Counted from the first letter of the stretch, positions 12,116 through 26,687 are shown. The stretch is DNA of 64,000 bases from Phoronis australis (GCA_002633005.1 NMRA01000559.1:212867-276866); one strand, 5' to 3'. Numbers and translations are program-made. The notes: generated by a model not told the origin, from the sequence alone.

Positions 12116-12689
12116 TTCACAAGTACACAGTACTTTGGCAATAGTCGGATATAACAATAAACGTGCCCGTATTTTAAGATCCTGAGTTTGACGCCCGTTA
12201 CTCAGTGGAGTAAACTGGTACTCTAAATTCAGGCACTTTATATCGGACAGTTGCGACCAGTGAAAATTTAATGATTTTGCTCAAGTTAAGAATTTGTATT
12301 GACTGTCCCAAATTCAAGAATTACAGTAAACAACACACCATCATTCACGTTGAGGGTTTAACACAGGCTACGAAAATGTCAGCATTTTATTCAATGTTTT
12401 TGAACTGCCAACCTCTATTTTCATACTCTGTCACACTCAAGCCACATTTTCGATAATATTTTATTGGAACTATTACTGGTTGTCGTAAATTGTTTATCGA
12501 AGTAAAGACTTACCTTTACACAGTTGTTCTGTTTCTAAATCTTGTCAACACCAGCCATATTTATGTTCCGACTGATCTTTAAAGAACACGACCATTAAAC
12601 CCTTGGAGAATCTAAATATCGGGCACTGTTGCCATATATGCCATATCGAGGTAAACTGACTAACCATGTTATTGCGGTGGGCACGTTGC

Positions 12690-13095
12690 CGCCAAGTTGC
12701 AGGCCATGTGGTTTGGTGTGGAACGACGACATTTGCATCAATCGAACTACGGTTGCGCCCCCCCCCAGTGGCAGTTATAGTTTTTTACGTTTACTTTTGT
12801 ATCTTCAAAGGTCCTCATCAGATTTTCATAAAATTTGTCAGATAGTCATGTATTAGTGAGATGACGCTATCGTCCCGTTTTCGTATGGATTTGAGGTATT
12901 TTGCGCAACCTAGTGGCCATTTTTATTGTTTTCGAGTGTTTTTGGCGTCCTCCCCTCTATCAACCTAACCGTTGTAAGGATGATTGTGAAAATTGTCATG
13001 TATGTTCTTACTATGAAGGGGGTGGCTATTAAAAAGTGATGGCATGTTCCTTTTTCAGATGGCTTGGACGTTTTGCACCATCTAGTGCATTTTTA
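12690..13095 (+). repeat. Fragment of the same HINE family
   Basis: Collinear with 27300-27660, e.g. tattagtgagatgacgcta and aaggatgattgtgaaaattg. Confidence 0.8.
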
Positions 13096-14664
13096 TGATA
13101 CAAATAAACAACTCTAGAAGCACACGGTTTGCGGTGCTTTATCAGCGCTGTGATACCACGAACTTTTTGCTTGACCCGGTTTTGATTTGTGGTGTGCATG
13201 ATGGTGGAGTTGATAGGGACAAAACAATTCTTTCGTTCACAGACACCAAACAATGTAGTAGAATAGTAGAATAACTCGAGTTAGTAACAGCGTTGTGATG
13301 TGTGCACCGTCTCGGTCCGTCAGTGAGATGGTTGTATGCAGTAACTAAGTGTGGAACACTCAATTACACTAGTAAAGCAACTGGCAGTAGCAAGATGAGG
13401 ACTGTCTTCATTAGACAAGAGAATGGATTTATATACAAGTTACAAATATGTGGGTCACGTGCACTAAACTTCATGATTCAAGATTCTACAGGAAATAACA
13501 GTAAACAACTCAAAGAACTTTCACAACAATCATCAAAACTATTCCGTTGTGTTTGCCAAATATGGTAATGGTCAGCTGTCTTTAAGCTATGATTCTGTGA
13601 ATGACCATTACATAATCTTCTTTACTACTGAGATCATCAAAACATGTATGGGCACGGGATGGGTTGGTTGCTGACTCAGCTTACAGCCAGAACAAGTTAC
13701 TATGCTTGAGCAAAGGAATAATATCAATAGTACTGTCAAACTAACATGAATTTCACAGATTTCATGACAGCAAAGAGCTCGGATGCTGCTTACCAACTTG
13801 TCGATCGTCATTAAAAGACAAGACGTAGCTCGTAATGTCACTGCTATTTCAGAAAATGGCTTTTGCTTTTATGACTTCGAAAATGTTGAAATCTGCGTGT
13901 TGGAGTTAACCAGCCTTTTTTGTATTTTTATTTTTAGCCTGTGAGTACTGAACGAGGAAATGCCTTTAAAGTTAAGTTCACTGTTGGTACGGTATTCAGG
14001 AATTTTTACCTATTTTTGATGGTATCTTGAGTATGTGATGCAGTGGTGGTATGATCCGTGAATTTTTTATTGTTTAAATTGTGGATATGGGATTTAATTC
14101 GTCAGAAATCTTAAGAAAAAGGCCTACATAGCGTTTGAAATATCCTATTTAAGTCTTGTGTTGCAAAGTGTTTCAAATTGAAGAATATCAATCTTGTTGA
14201 ATTACATTTATGACACAAATATTTTATTTTAATTTTTACTATATTATAAATTGTATTGTCCTTCAAAACTACTATATCATTATTAAAAATTAGAAATTTA
14301 AAATTGACTAAGTTTTTAAACAAAAATGACACGGTTATTCTCCACTTCTATTCCAAAAACTATTGCAGAAATATTTATTTTTCTAATAAGGCTGATTTTC
14401 TTTTTACATATTATGGGAATTTCAGCACATATTTTTTTATGCCTTCTAAACACTAAACAGCTCATGCTTGTAATAGACTAAAGTGGTCTTAATCTTTACT
14501 GCTGTGGAGAACTTTATCAATAGAATTTCACCCATCAGTCCTGTTGTGTGATATTAATAAGTCTGGGATTACCATAATGAACCATTGACACCAGCTGGTG
14601 TCCATTCTGAGGTTTTTTGCACAATGTTTAAAAAATCGTTTTGATAGCTGACAAAAACCTGAAG

Positions 14665-15200
14665 CGTGTTCAGTAGAGTGAGCACCCGCGAGCGATTTGA
14701 GTGCTCTTGTCCTGAACAGCTGTGTTTACGTTAGCGCTCGCGAGTGCTCGCAAACAACCTCGAGAGCATGTTCGCTTAGATTTCCAAGATGGCATCCTGC
14801 CGCGAAGACTTCACGTCTGCAACATTTGAACCCATTATGGTTCTGCAACACGAAAACTATCTTCAAAAGTTGACCGACTCATCCGAAAGTGCGACTTAAA
14901 TTGCGGGTCGCTATAGCGAGGAACAGTTTCCTCGATGTAATTTTAGATTCTTGTCGTTCCAAAGCCTTCACGGTTGTTGTCTTGGGCTGCCGATATTTAA
15001 TATTGGCAAAGATTAATCATAGTCATCGCTAAGTACGCCATAGGAAGGACTGTTAGTGTTAAGCTCATCGGCTAAGACGCTCAACACAATCTGCTTCAGA
15101 TTTGCCATACTGGATCGCACAGCGAGTGCTCACAGCTGTTCAGGAGCTGTTCCTTGTGTTCGCGAGTACACACTAGGGGGCGCTCACTCGCTTCCGTTTA
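14665..15200. mobile_element. CpG-rich inverted-repeat element (MITE-like), ends uncertain
   Basis: Inverted pairs GAGTGAGCACCC / GGGCGCTCACTC and TCCTGAACAGCTGTG / CACAGCTGTTCAGGA. Confidence 0.5.
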
Positions 15201-16404
15201 CTGTCATTGTTAAAATATTCTCCCCCTCAAATCTTGGTCGAGAGTCCACTGTCGATGTCACTTTAATGATGTCATTCAACAGTTTGCGTCATTACTTTTT
15301 ATCACCTGACATGTAAATGTTACAAGCAGATTTGTCTTGGACTGAAAAAGACGTACATTGCAGCTATGTTTCTAACACCCCGGATTATGTAGTGTGAAAC
15401 TCCTGAGCATTACGTTGGTGAATAGACTTCAAGAAGTTGATGACTGGTTCGCACTGGAGTTAGGAATCGATTTACTTTGAAACGATTTATCCCAGGAAGT
15501 CACATTATCTTCACGGGTCTGTAAAAGAATGTATTTTCTGAAAGTGCAATGTCTATAGAGTTTTATTTTTAACTTCATACCAACCTGTCATTAATTGGGT
15601 CACATGACCATGTCTTTTTAGTAAAATTTGACAAAAACATACATAATCTCAGCAAAACAACATGATCAAATTTCATTTGATGTACACATTCATTTCATTT
15701 TCATTTTACAAAACTGATTTTTTTCAAAAATTCGTAAAAGTCCTATTTTTGATAGCCCTCATGCAAAAGTGTGACATTTTAAAAGGGATCCTAACAGTGT
15801 TTCACGTGAATCTGACCAGTCATTTCTGAGTTATGATAGTTATTCAAGTTTGGAATTTATGAATTCTCCAGTTTGGCTCAGTGAAAAATTAATTACTTTG
15901 CTCAAGGCCAGAGCTTGTACCAAATTTAAAAAATCGAGGTCTTTCTGACTGGCCCAAATTCAAGAATCAACAGAGACTGCAAAATTATCCATGTCAGAAA
16001 TTCAGGAATTCATGTGGTACGATACAGGCTACACATCTTTCAATTTTCTTTTTATACTGGCCTATTTTTCATAACCATTGGCTCAATTTCGAGGAGAATA
16101 TATGTCAGGTAAACAAACCAATTCACCTCGATGCTTACAATCTGTTGGAAGGCATGGAAGTGTTGCCTCAACGGCTACCTAGTCTCGGTGACTGCCAAGC
16201 CTATTTTCAGACTCTGGTAATGCAAACCACTGTGTCAGAAATTTAAGAAATATGATGATCACTAAAATTTGTGTGTGTACCAACCTTCAAAATCAAGAAA
16301 ATTCAATTTCTGTTGGAATATCGCTGTCCCAAATTCTATAGACTATCCCAAACTGGAGAGTTTTTACTGTAGTCAGACGTACTACTCTCCTGTCTGCTCT
16401 TCTG

Positions 16405-16826
16405 CACCCGGCTGCATGAAACAGTCCCAAATAGGAACTCGACTAAGTTCCCTAAATTTACTGCGTATTTGTGGGTTTTTGAAAATAATGGTTCTCCTTT
16501 CTTATGCTGTTTGAGTTTCATTACTAAGCCAGTTTTTAACTTTGATACAAATCGAGTAAACTCTATATTGAATTCTCATTATTACTGAAAACAAGTAGGG
16601 ACCTTTTCATGAAACGCCCCCAATTTAAGGACTAATCCCCTAATTATTTTCTCTATATTAAGGGCTCAGTTTTTAGATATATTATTAGAAAATGCCATTA
16701 GTCAAACAGGAGATAAAATGGTTCAAAATATAACATCTGTGAGTAAAGAACGAAACAAATACGCAAAAGATTTACGTAGGGAACGTAGACGAGTCCTCAT
16801 TTAGGACTGTTTCATGCCACCGGGCA
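16405..16826. mobile_element. PIF/Harbinger-like MITE (copy 1)
   Basis: Imperfect TIR CCCGG..GCATGAAACAGTCC; CTG on both flanks; homologous to 39019-39438. Confidence 0.75.
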
Positions 16827-18684
16827 CTGAAGCCCACTGAGCATTTCTACTCTGCATAACAAGTAAGACCAATTTTTTAGCATTAAATGGCATAAATCCA
16901 AGGCATGTTTACTGCCCCATAAAACCTTAGTGAACAGAAAGTCAATGTCTAAATCTGTGTTGGACTCACTCTCTGTGGTTAAATCAAACTTTCTTGCGTG
17001 ACTGTGGACAAAGCTCAATTACCGTAATGTACTTTTTGTCGGTGTTATTCCAGCCCAGGTGCGTGCTGTATTCATTACCATAATGAAGCATTGTTATTTT
17101 CTCTGTACAGTGTCTGGGCTATTCCTTCTTGTTATAAGCTGATATCCAAGCTAGTGCACATCTGGTGATTGCAGTTTATATTCGTGGTTCACAAGGTGCA
17201 AATTTGAAGCTATGTGCGTACTGTGTCCGTCGCTGTAATTTGAGATACCGTACACATTTTTGCTCCATTTGCCCACTAACTTGACCAAATAATGTACTTA
17301 AATCTCACCGATTGATTTAAAAATTCACCTACCTGTCATAAGCTGCTTTTGCATTAGAGTTAGTCCAGACTGTATTGCGGTGGCAATTGTACATATTTTA
17401 GATAAGCATGATAACATACCGTCACCTTCCGCTCTTGACCAGACTAACATTCCGCTGTGTTAACTGTAAAGCTTCACCGTACTGAACATGATCCTTTCCA
17501 TCGAGAATAACTTGATTTACCGACTAACTCTAAATGTTGATCAGGACCTCTGTTTCATAGGGTAACCAGCTACCATTTCTATTCTCGTTAGATTTGTTGC
17601 TTTTAGACATGTTCACTGAAAACTTGTATAGTGAGCAGGTGATGGCAAAATATGTGCGAAATGGCAGGAAAAACTCTGCATTCACGTGAAATGGCGAGAC
17701 AATTTAGTACGATCGTGAAAAATAATCCGGACTAAATATTCCGCATTGAGCTTGTGTAATCTGACCGACTTTTGACTGGCTCAGTAGTGTGGTCTTTTTG
17801 AGCGTACTTACCGCAATACCGTCCTAAATTTAGACCTGTGTAAATCATCTTTTGCATTGGGTCGGAAATTCTCTTTTCGGCGAAAAGATGTTAGTCCTCC
17901 GTTCTAAATCCATAGTGCGAATAGCTAGCACATACTTCAATAGTAAGTTGTTAATTATCACTCTTTTTGTTGCATTTTCCCAGTGAAAGAGCAAGAGCCT
18001 GGTGTGCACATACTGGTAACTGGACTGATTTAATAATTTAATGATCATAGATTACGCAAAGGGCAGAGAAAGGACTTAGGTGCTGGACCAGTAAATACCT
18101 TTGCTGGAGCTTTACACCCTGTTGCCATTTACAATTAGCTCAGCTAAATGTAAAATATCAGAAAATGTGCCACCAGGGCGGGAACTATAACTTGTCTTTC
18201 TCTCACATGCCCTTTGTTCCGGGAACTCAGGTGGAGTGAGTGCTGAAGGAAAAATTATGCAAGAGCTGTAGTTCTTTACAGAAAAGCCAGTATGATAAAG
18301 ACTGATATAACTGTTAAGCCAGAGGTGCTCCTTTGTGAGTTGCTGAGAACCAAACCCCAATGCCAAGTTGTAGGGCACAGTCTTGTATAATTCTAAGTTA
18401 AGCCTTCAGAAATAAGAAAGATCCAGTCAGGATAAGTTGATGAAATTGTTCTTATGTTACATAACAGCAGTGCTATGTTTCTTCAAAAGCTTTTCTATCA
18501 TAGATTCCAGACTGCAACCCACTGACACTCAGGCTCCCTTGAAGTGTTCTCTTGTGTATTGAATTCTTAGTTGTCCTACTGTCCAGTGGTACAGTAGGAA
18601 ACATGACAGATAATTGGGTTTATAACAAAAATGGTTGCTAATAACCATTAGGGGGACAAAATTGTAATTACAAGATGAGAGAAA

Positions 18685-19130
18685 AACTTTTATTTGTTAA
18701 ATCATATAAAACGTACATTGTTACATGACTGGGTGGCCAGCAAAGGCACTGGCCGCTAGTAGCTGACCACCGAGTAACAATAAATTAAATAGACATTAAC
18801 AATTAAGAAGAACAATATAGATACCAACAGAAAAAAGTTCATCTACAATGAAATAAGATACAATGCAAGTTTATTTAAAAATGTAAATTAAATGTATTTT
18901 ACAAAGAATTAAACACGGAGACTTTTGAGGGGTATGGCACGGTTAGAAAAGATGACAAATTAGCTGTTTTTACGCAGGGGGAACAGTTGTCACAGTGCGA
19001 CTTACTCCACTTTAGTCACATTTACAAAATGGATCTTATGAGGCATTTACACGAAGACTATCTGTGCATGCTTGCATAAACAAAAGTGAACGTCCAAATC
19101 ACGTCAAATGCTAGCGAATCACCCGTATAT
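18685..19130 (-). mobile_element. Possible LINE (CR1/L2-like) 3' remnant
   Basis: Minus strand has an FSNRAIPL-like peptide, a T-rich tail, a GC-rich stem-loop and AATAAA. Weak. Confidence 0.3.
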
Positions 19131-22100
19131 ACACAGGCGTAACAGAGATGATCCTATCTACCTTGCCCCAGTTTGTGTTTGGACACTCACATAGTTAAAA
19201 CTGGAGCAACTGATCAAATACAACTTGCTCTACCTCTCAAACCGGTGTCAAAAAATGGCTGCCACACAGTTGCGCCTGATCAGCCATTCCATGACAACTG
19301 TATCCTGTGTATATATGGCTTTAGCCACCTTACTAAGTTTCCTGTTATATTGCCTTCATTCTCGATCTCAAGGAAAAACCTTTCTGACAATAAATTTGGG
19401 TTCTGCTCAACTGTAAGGACATAGAATTTCCGGTCATTTTAGCGTGTCACTCCTCTTGAGTATCTCTTGTGAGAATTTTCTGTTTTGACAAGTTAGTTTG
19501 CTACACTTTGTGCTTAAAAGTACCTTTACTATTGTTAAGGCAAACTACATTGAAAATTGTCTTTGCTTTCACGTCAAGTTATTTTTTACCACATTAAAAG
19601 CAAACACTGGTCTCCCAGTAGGCCTAGTGATAAAATACCTAAAGGACATGGCACATAAATGAGACACTATATCAAAGGGAGTCTGGGGAGCATTAGTCAA
19701 TTTCTGTTTTAAATGTGAGAATAACCTCGATTACCTGACTTAAGTCATTTGAACAAAAAACAAAAAATTGATGAAATCACCATTTTATGGTAGACCATAC
19801 TCTTTTTCTAATTCTTTGAAAGGGAAGTAGCTCTAGATTAAATGACTTTCAACTAACTTCTGTTCCATTGGTACCATCAAACAATGTTTTGAGAAACTAG
19901 TCTATGAGTATTCAAAAAATGTAAGAAGGCCTTGACAAAAAAATCAAAATTTTAAAATTATTTTAATGAAATTGTGGAGATTTAACAGTAATGCCTAAAT
20001 TTTATTTAAAATGGCTATAAACCCACCTAATCTGTCATAAAAACAACTTTTAATTTAGACCACGTATCGTTATGAAATTGGTCTCGTATTAGAGATGATT
20101 TCAGTGCTTGGAGTGAATTGGCAGTTCATTAGTTCTTGAGGTCAAGTTCTACAAGTTGGCTTAATGTCACACCGTGCCATTTCTTGCACTGAGCAGTTGG
20201 ACTCGAGGAATAACAAAACGGTCAGTTCTGAAATCACGTCTCATCAGCGTAAGGAAAAAGTTGAGAGACCACTTGCTTAACGATAAGGGGTCCAATTTAA
20301 AAGTTCGCTTGTTTTACGTAACGCAGGCTTATAACCACTTAACTTGTTTGAAGCTGTATTTTTTGCCTTCAAAAGCATTCTTCAATTTTTATCTCATTAT
20401 CCTTTGATTGTTCACGTACAATTGGACAATTCGATATTCACTAGGTGGCGCTAGTGAACCAAGGCTCCTCTTCTTATCACCTAAATTGAGTGAGCGTGGG
20501 AAGTTGTTGGGACATTTGTGGGACATTGAGGGTCCCACATGAATTCCTGCATTTCTACAAGTTCAACTGCTTCAGTGGCGCCACCTACTGTATTGCTTGG
20601 TCTTTTTGTCCATGAGCCTATATTATCCGAAATAATGCTTTTTTCGCAGCTTTTTTACCCATGTGGTTCGCGTATTGGCTCATGTGCCTTAGTTTCCCAT
20701 ATAAGCCCTGCATAGGCCCATACATTAATTAGCATATACTTTTAGGCAAACCTGTTTTGATTACCTCTGTGCCTCCTAACTGCAATTTTTTTACGTTTGC
20801 CTCTGATCTTTGTAGTTCCGTGGCTTATTTTCAAGGAATTTGGTAGATAATTTTGTGTTGTTTTATCGCCATGCCCTCAGGCCCATGGGGCTATATACGA
20901 AATAATACCTTTTTTCACAGCCGAAAATGGGCATTATTTCTGATACAGGCCCATGGGCCTGATGGTGAGGCAATACGGAAGTTAGTTCAGAGTATGATAA
21001 TTTACTTGATATAAATGAACGTGTCATTGGGTGATTTGAAATTTAGTCTGTTGTGTGATTTTTTTGCCAACTTATGTTTTCCCGTAGTCACACACAAATT
21101 GTTACATCGGTACGTGGTCTAAATTATAAGTTCACTCCTTGGATGGATTATGCGACTTTGTAGTCACTTTGAATGTCATTTTCTCCATAGACGTGTGACT
21201 TCTGATGTATCTTGTGGTTTTGCTAGCCTTAGAAAATCACCCATAACTTAACTCCAGGTTCTTATATTTGTACTCAAAATTGAATTCCAAATTATTTATC
21301 TCGTTTGTATTCTACTTAAAGTGCAAATACAAGATAAATGTCTACTTTGTATGAGTTTATTATGGTTTAAGCATGTGAGTGCCTAGTCCAAGGCCGTTCA
21401 GGATGACCTTTAGATTCGAAGTACAAACTCTTGAATAAATTTGAGATTTCGAGCCTCTGTGATGCTCGAACTTGTAGCTTTTCTGCTCAGGGGTCATCAG
21501 GTACAATGGTGAGACAGTTGAACTGAAAAGAAAATTAAAAAATAAATTAGACTTCAATATTAAGTACATGTTTCTTCTTTGATAAATTCTACCCAAAATG
21601 GAGAAAATGGGCTTTTCCATTTAAGCTTTACAAATAAAATATAAATGACTTGACGAAATCCTTGATATTGATCTAATATAAAGTAAACCGCACATGCTTT
21701 GAAACTTTGACTTAAACATTGTACAGAGAGAGGTTTGTTGGTAAGATGCTTTACCACACATAATTTGAATCTTGTCAGTAAATGTGACTGGGAGAATTAG
21801 TAAGTTTGTTATTAATAATGGTATCAAATAATTTGTTTAGACATTTTGGAAGCATGATTGTGTTCTGTGTAGGATTGCAACAAAAAGCTCTTAATCTGAG
21901 AGCCAAAATGTGAAGGCAACAAATGTTTCAACTGTCTAAAAATTCAAGTACGACAGGTCTCTCTTGTCACAGGTTCCAACGGCACAAATTTGCCAGAAAG
22001 TTGACCTTGTTCACAAATTTATTACATGTATTGCTCAAAGAAATTAGCTTGCCTAATTATGGACCTCTGCATGCATAGACCTGTTAGATGGTAATGCAGC

Positions 22101-25100
22101 GGCCTTTGTTGCGAAAGTGCCTATGTTTTGCAGAAAATCATAGCTATATTAAATTTCTTATTTGCTTTGTTATATTTTTAACGATTCAAAAATCCAATTA
22201 AAAAATCGTTGAATCTGTTTTTTTCACATCACCATTTTTATGGTGTCAAAAGTGCAGGCTAGCAGTTAACCGCGACACACCCTATTTGTAAAAGGCGTAC
22301 TATGTATATTTTGTATGCTGGTAAAAATGGAACTAATTGTGAATTTTCTGTTGTATCTCAATAGTAATACAACGTTGGTTACCAAGTTTATGTTTCTTGG
22401 AAAGTGGCTTGTTAGACTTAGACAGAAATTTGGTCTTATGTTCTCACTTCACTATTGCCTAATAAAGGTTTACAAATCACAAATATGTTTTTAAGTCTGG
22501 TCTGCGCAGGACCTAATGAACATAAGTCCGAAAAGGTTTAGTCATGTAAATATTAGGCCAGTCCTTTTGTGGAAAAGTTTACGCAATATTTTGCGGAATC
22601 GGCAATGTGAATGGAAAAATACCGCAATCCATGTAATTTTGCAGAATTTATGAGTTCAGAAAGTGCTTCAAACGCTACAGCAGTTGTTTAGATAAGCCTG
22701 ATTATTACTCGTCACGAACCGGAAAACAGGCGTGATACACACAGCACTATATGTGTCGCAGGCATTCTCTTCATATCAGTAAAAAATTCCTATTCTATCG
22801 AGGATTTCTTTTGATTTTATAAAAGGTATGGTCGCATGAGAAAACTCACTTGTTAACCTGTAAGGCAGATACATTATTGCTGATGGCTGGTACACTGAGA
22901 TCTGACATAGACATGTCAACCCAAACGTTCTATCTCAAGACCAAATGCCGTCTTCTTATACGCAAAAATAAAATATACAAAGATATAAAACCCAGAGTAT
23001 AAAACTCGACTTCCATCTTTTTTTACTAGTGTGCAGTTGTATGTGGTTCATTGTTTAGGATATAGGAGAGCACTAGTTTGGGATTAGCTCACTAGGATAA
23101 GATGGAAATTATATGAATGCTCGCCAGGGAGTTGCGGAAATTTTTGCAGAATGAATTTGGACATTTTTTCCACAAAGCTGCTGCTCGAGTGAGCACAAAT
23201 ATTAGTACATCTCTTCCTAGAAATAAGTTGATGTACAAATTTTCTCATTAAGTAACAGTTTTGGGTATATTCTCAGATACTTTGAGATTTCATTATTCTT
23301 AAGAAATATTTATGTAGAACGTAAGACCAAATTCATGCCTTAAGTTGTGAGTCAGTTTTCATGAGACAAACCCCGGGTACGGTTCATTTATGATAAGTCA
23401 TTTTACAGTGCACTTTTCTACTATTAAATGTGTTAGGTAAATATCGTCTATCGTATCTCTTGGAGATTCTAGGGAAATGAGGATATACGTGTTTGTGCTC
23501 GTCAAGAGCTGGAGAGTTTCCAGCTAATCGTTAATGGACACTTGGGAGATTAATTTCCTTTTTTTCCAACATGGCACTTGTAAGAATGGTACCTGTCTCC
23601 AATTTCATAATTGTGTTATGTCACTGCGAAATTGTCTGGAAGTTATGTTGCTGATAGTTCTGTTTATGTCTGTTAAGACAGTTTGTTGGAATAACTCAAA
23701 ACCCTAATTTGTTTTTACAAATACGAATAAAAACAAGTTTGCAAAATTAGAAAAGCAAGATTTTCTCAACGAGAGGAAGGTAATACAGGATGGCTCCTAC
23801 AGGGGGCGCTGGCATGATTTGTTGTTGACTGGGCAGAGGTGGTTTTCTGAGGTTTCTTATTTGCTATATTGTCTTGGGTATAATAGAGTCTGACCACTTT
23901 CGGACAAAAATAATATCAATTGCCAAAGTGTTCATTTTCCCTTTTTCAAAGGCATCTAGCATAGTTGTAGAGGTCGATGGTAGCTGTTAAAGCTGATTGT
24001 TTTGTGCTACTTAACTTTTATGAAAATAATGAAATTTTACTTGTCTGTGCCACACTGGTGACATTTTACCATGCCCATTCCCATTTGGTTAACTTCGTTG
24101 GTCTGGATTTTGAATGTGTAGTGGAAGAACTCTCCCCCCCGATTAATGTAATGTTTCTTGTTCAATATGGATTTGACTTGTCCATCAATTTTTTGCTTGT
24201 TTCTTTGTTCGCACGCTGCAGGTCACATTTCTTTTCCGATCTGCATGACATTTATACAAAACATGTACATATCTAAGGTATCGAGGCTCCTTGTTTTTGG
24301 TCAAAATCAGATGCAAGATGGCGCTGATGCAGCCATTTTTCAAATTTTCACTTTGCGGAGCCGTGCCTCTGGCATTCCTTGATGGAACTTTTTGAAATTG
24401 GGTATATGGATAGATTTCACCAAACACTATCAGCACTTAGTGTCGCCTGTTTTTGCTACGATTTGCTGTTCTTGAGTTATTTGACATTTTACGACAATTG
24501 CTCTCTAATTAATTGATTTTTACTGCTGCGTCTCCGACATCTCGTGACAAATGTGTCTGAAATTTTGAATGAGGGCAGATCTTGTCGAGCGCTGTCTGCA
24601 TTGTGGAACTTGTTTCTGACTACGACTTCTGTTCTCGTATTATTCGAAATGTACTAGTCAGATAAGTGTTTTTTTATCGACTTATTCCTCGCTGCACTTC
24701 TGTTGATCTATTGTATCCGTGCTACAGGTCACATTTTTCACCTGATCAACAAAGAAATTTACGCACAAGGTTTATCTCGTCAATAGGTTTTTGGGCAACG
24801 TCAAAGGCAAGATGGCACTGTGATAGCCATTTTTCCCATAATCCTTTGTGGAACTCTAGCTCTTGGTCCTTTGACAGATCCTTCTAAAATTTACTATGTA
24901 AATAGATCTCCTCAAGGCCTATCTGAAGTGTGTTTTTGGTTTCTCACAGGACTAACTGTTCAAGATTTTCTAATTTGATGACTGTTTTTATTGACTTATT
25001 CCTCTTGACTTATTCCTCGATGGATTTTTAATGGTTTTTTATTTTCTGTACATTAGTGTAAGGCGTTGGGGTCACCGTCGTTGGTCACTCACTTCTTGGT

Positions 25101-25933
25101 TTTGTAGATCTGAGCTTTTAAGTTTTTCTATCGATTTCGCCAAGTTGTCGCTCCTCAGAGCGCATTCGTTAGGTGCCTAGACAATTATTAAATGCATTAC
25201 GACAATGATGTCATGATGTCAAGTCTGACTGAAATTATTACCTGAGCTGGAACCCAAATATAAAAATTAGTGGTTTCAGAGCTTTAACTCTGTCTGGTGT
25301 CTAGAAATATTGTAGTCATTAATACTGGAGTTATCTCAGCAGTGTTTCTAGTGAGCGTCCTTGACACAATAACAATACAACGTGAGACAGTTTAAATTAT
25401 GACAATAAATTGATAAGATGCAAGATAAATTTAATGAGTGCATATGGTACAGATCTAAAAAAATGAAATAAATTTGCAAAATGATCGAACAAATAAAGAA
25501 GTCCAACAGTTTTAGCAGCTAATGTATTTTTGTGTCAAACTTTCAAGTGAAGTTTTTTGATGGGTTCCAGTGTTGTCTCAGATTCTAGTGAAAAGGGATT
25601 CCTGTGATTCTATTTGCTGTTGGGCGGACAGCTCCCTTTGGTGGTTGTGTCGCATATTCTGTGTCAACTGAACACTTGCGTTGTGGTCTCTGAAAATGAT
25701 TGGAAAAACTGTCGGACATTTTCAGAGAACACAATGTGGGGCACATATCACTGACCATTCAACACCCTTGTTGGTCCTTCTGATGGATAAGTCAAACTGA
25801 CAACAAGAAGTGCGGGGTGATAAATATATAGGATCTTGAATGCCTGATTGTCTAGTGAAATATGTGGATGAGACTGCTTGGAATTTGAGGAACCAGACTG
25901 CAGGAACATTTGAATGTATCACAGAACATGTAT

Positions 25934-26431
25934 CAGGGCTTGGAATTTTCCGCGGAAACGCGGATTTCCGCTTTTTTCAAATGTTCTGTCCGCGCATTTT
26001 ATTATATTTCCGCGTAAAAAAATCGGATTTGATATAAAATTTCTGCGGCAAATTCCTTTCTTATCACGGCGATGCAGACGACGTTCACCTCGAAAAGCGG
26101 AAGTTGCTCTTTATGTTTCGGAGGAACGTAAATTGTCAACATTGCCAGGGCATCTGGGATAGCGTGGTGGGATTTTCAATGGCGACTCGTGTTATTTTAA
26201 ACCGCGGCGACAAGTACTACGGCTCTGCAGCCAAACATGTGTGGGTTGGGAGTGGACCGACGAGCTAAAAGGACTCAGACGCATGCTACTGATGATGGTA
26301 ACGTTTTTTTTTTAGTCTTCCCGATTTTTGTCAGGGAAAGGTTCACATCAACCATTTCAAGGCTGAGTAGCGCGCATGATTTGGGCTGTAAAAGTTTCCG
26401 CGTTTTTTGTCATTGGTCATTCCAAGCCCTG
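25934..26431. mobile_element. hAT-like MITE with 6-bp TSD (copy 1)
   Basis: TIR CAGGGCTTGGAAT; flanked by atgtat / atgtat; homologous in reverse orientation to 62429-62965. Confidence 0.88.
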
Positions 26432-26648
26432 ATGTATAGACTCAACACATAATATTTGTGAACCCAGTGGATATAAGAGGCTCAGTAATGGACTCGAATA
26501 ATCCGACAATCTGAAATCATTTGTAATAAGCCAGATTTAAGTAGACATCGCTTTATGAGTTACACGCCATTTACCAATGTTTCATTTCACGGAACAACCA
26601 CCAGGTGAAGTTAGGCAACTGCCAGCCGCCGCCCACTGGTGACCACAT

Positions 26649-26687
26649 GCCCCGACGAAGAGCCCAAGATGTACTTGAAAGCTAGGC
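26649..26687 (+). ncRNA. Degenerate minimal type I hammerhead ribozyme, probably a Penelope-like retroelement remnant
   Basis: GCC-CCGACGA-(stem II)-GAAAGCTA-GGC; the CTGANGA core has a T-to-C change and stem II is eroded. Confidence 0.45.

Noticed and set aside
26237-26452. Similar short ORFs at 26237 and 62398 (MCGLGVD...)
   Set aside because: Both are chance frames within copies of the same MITE.
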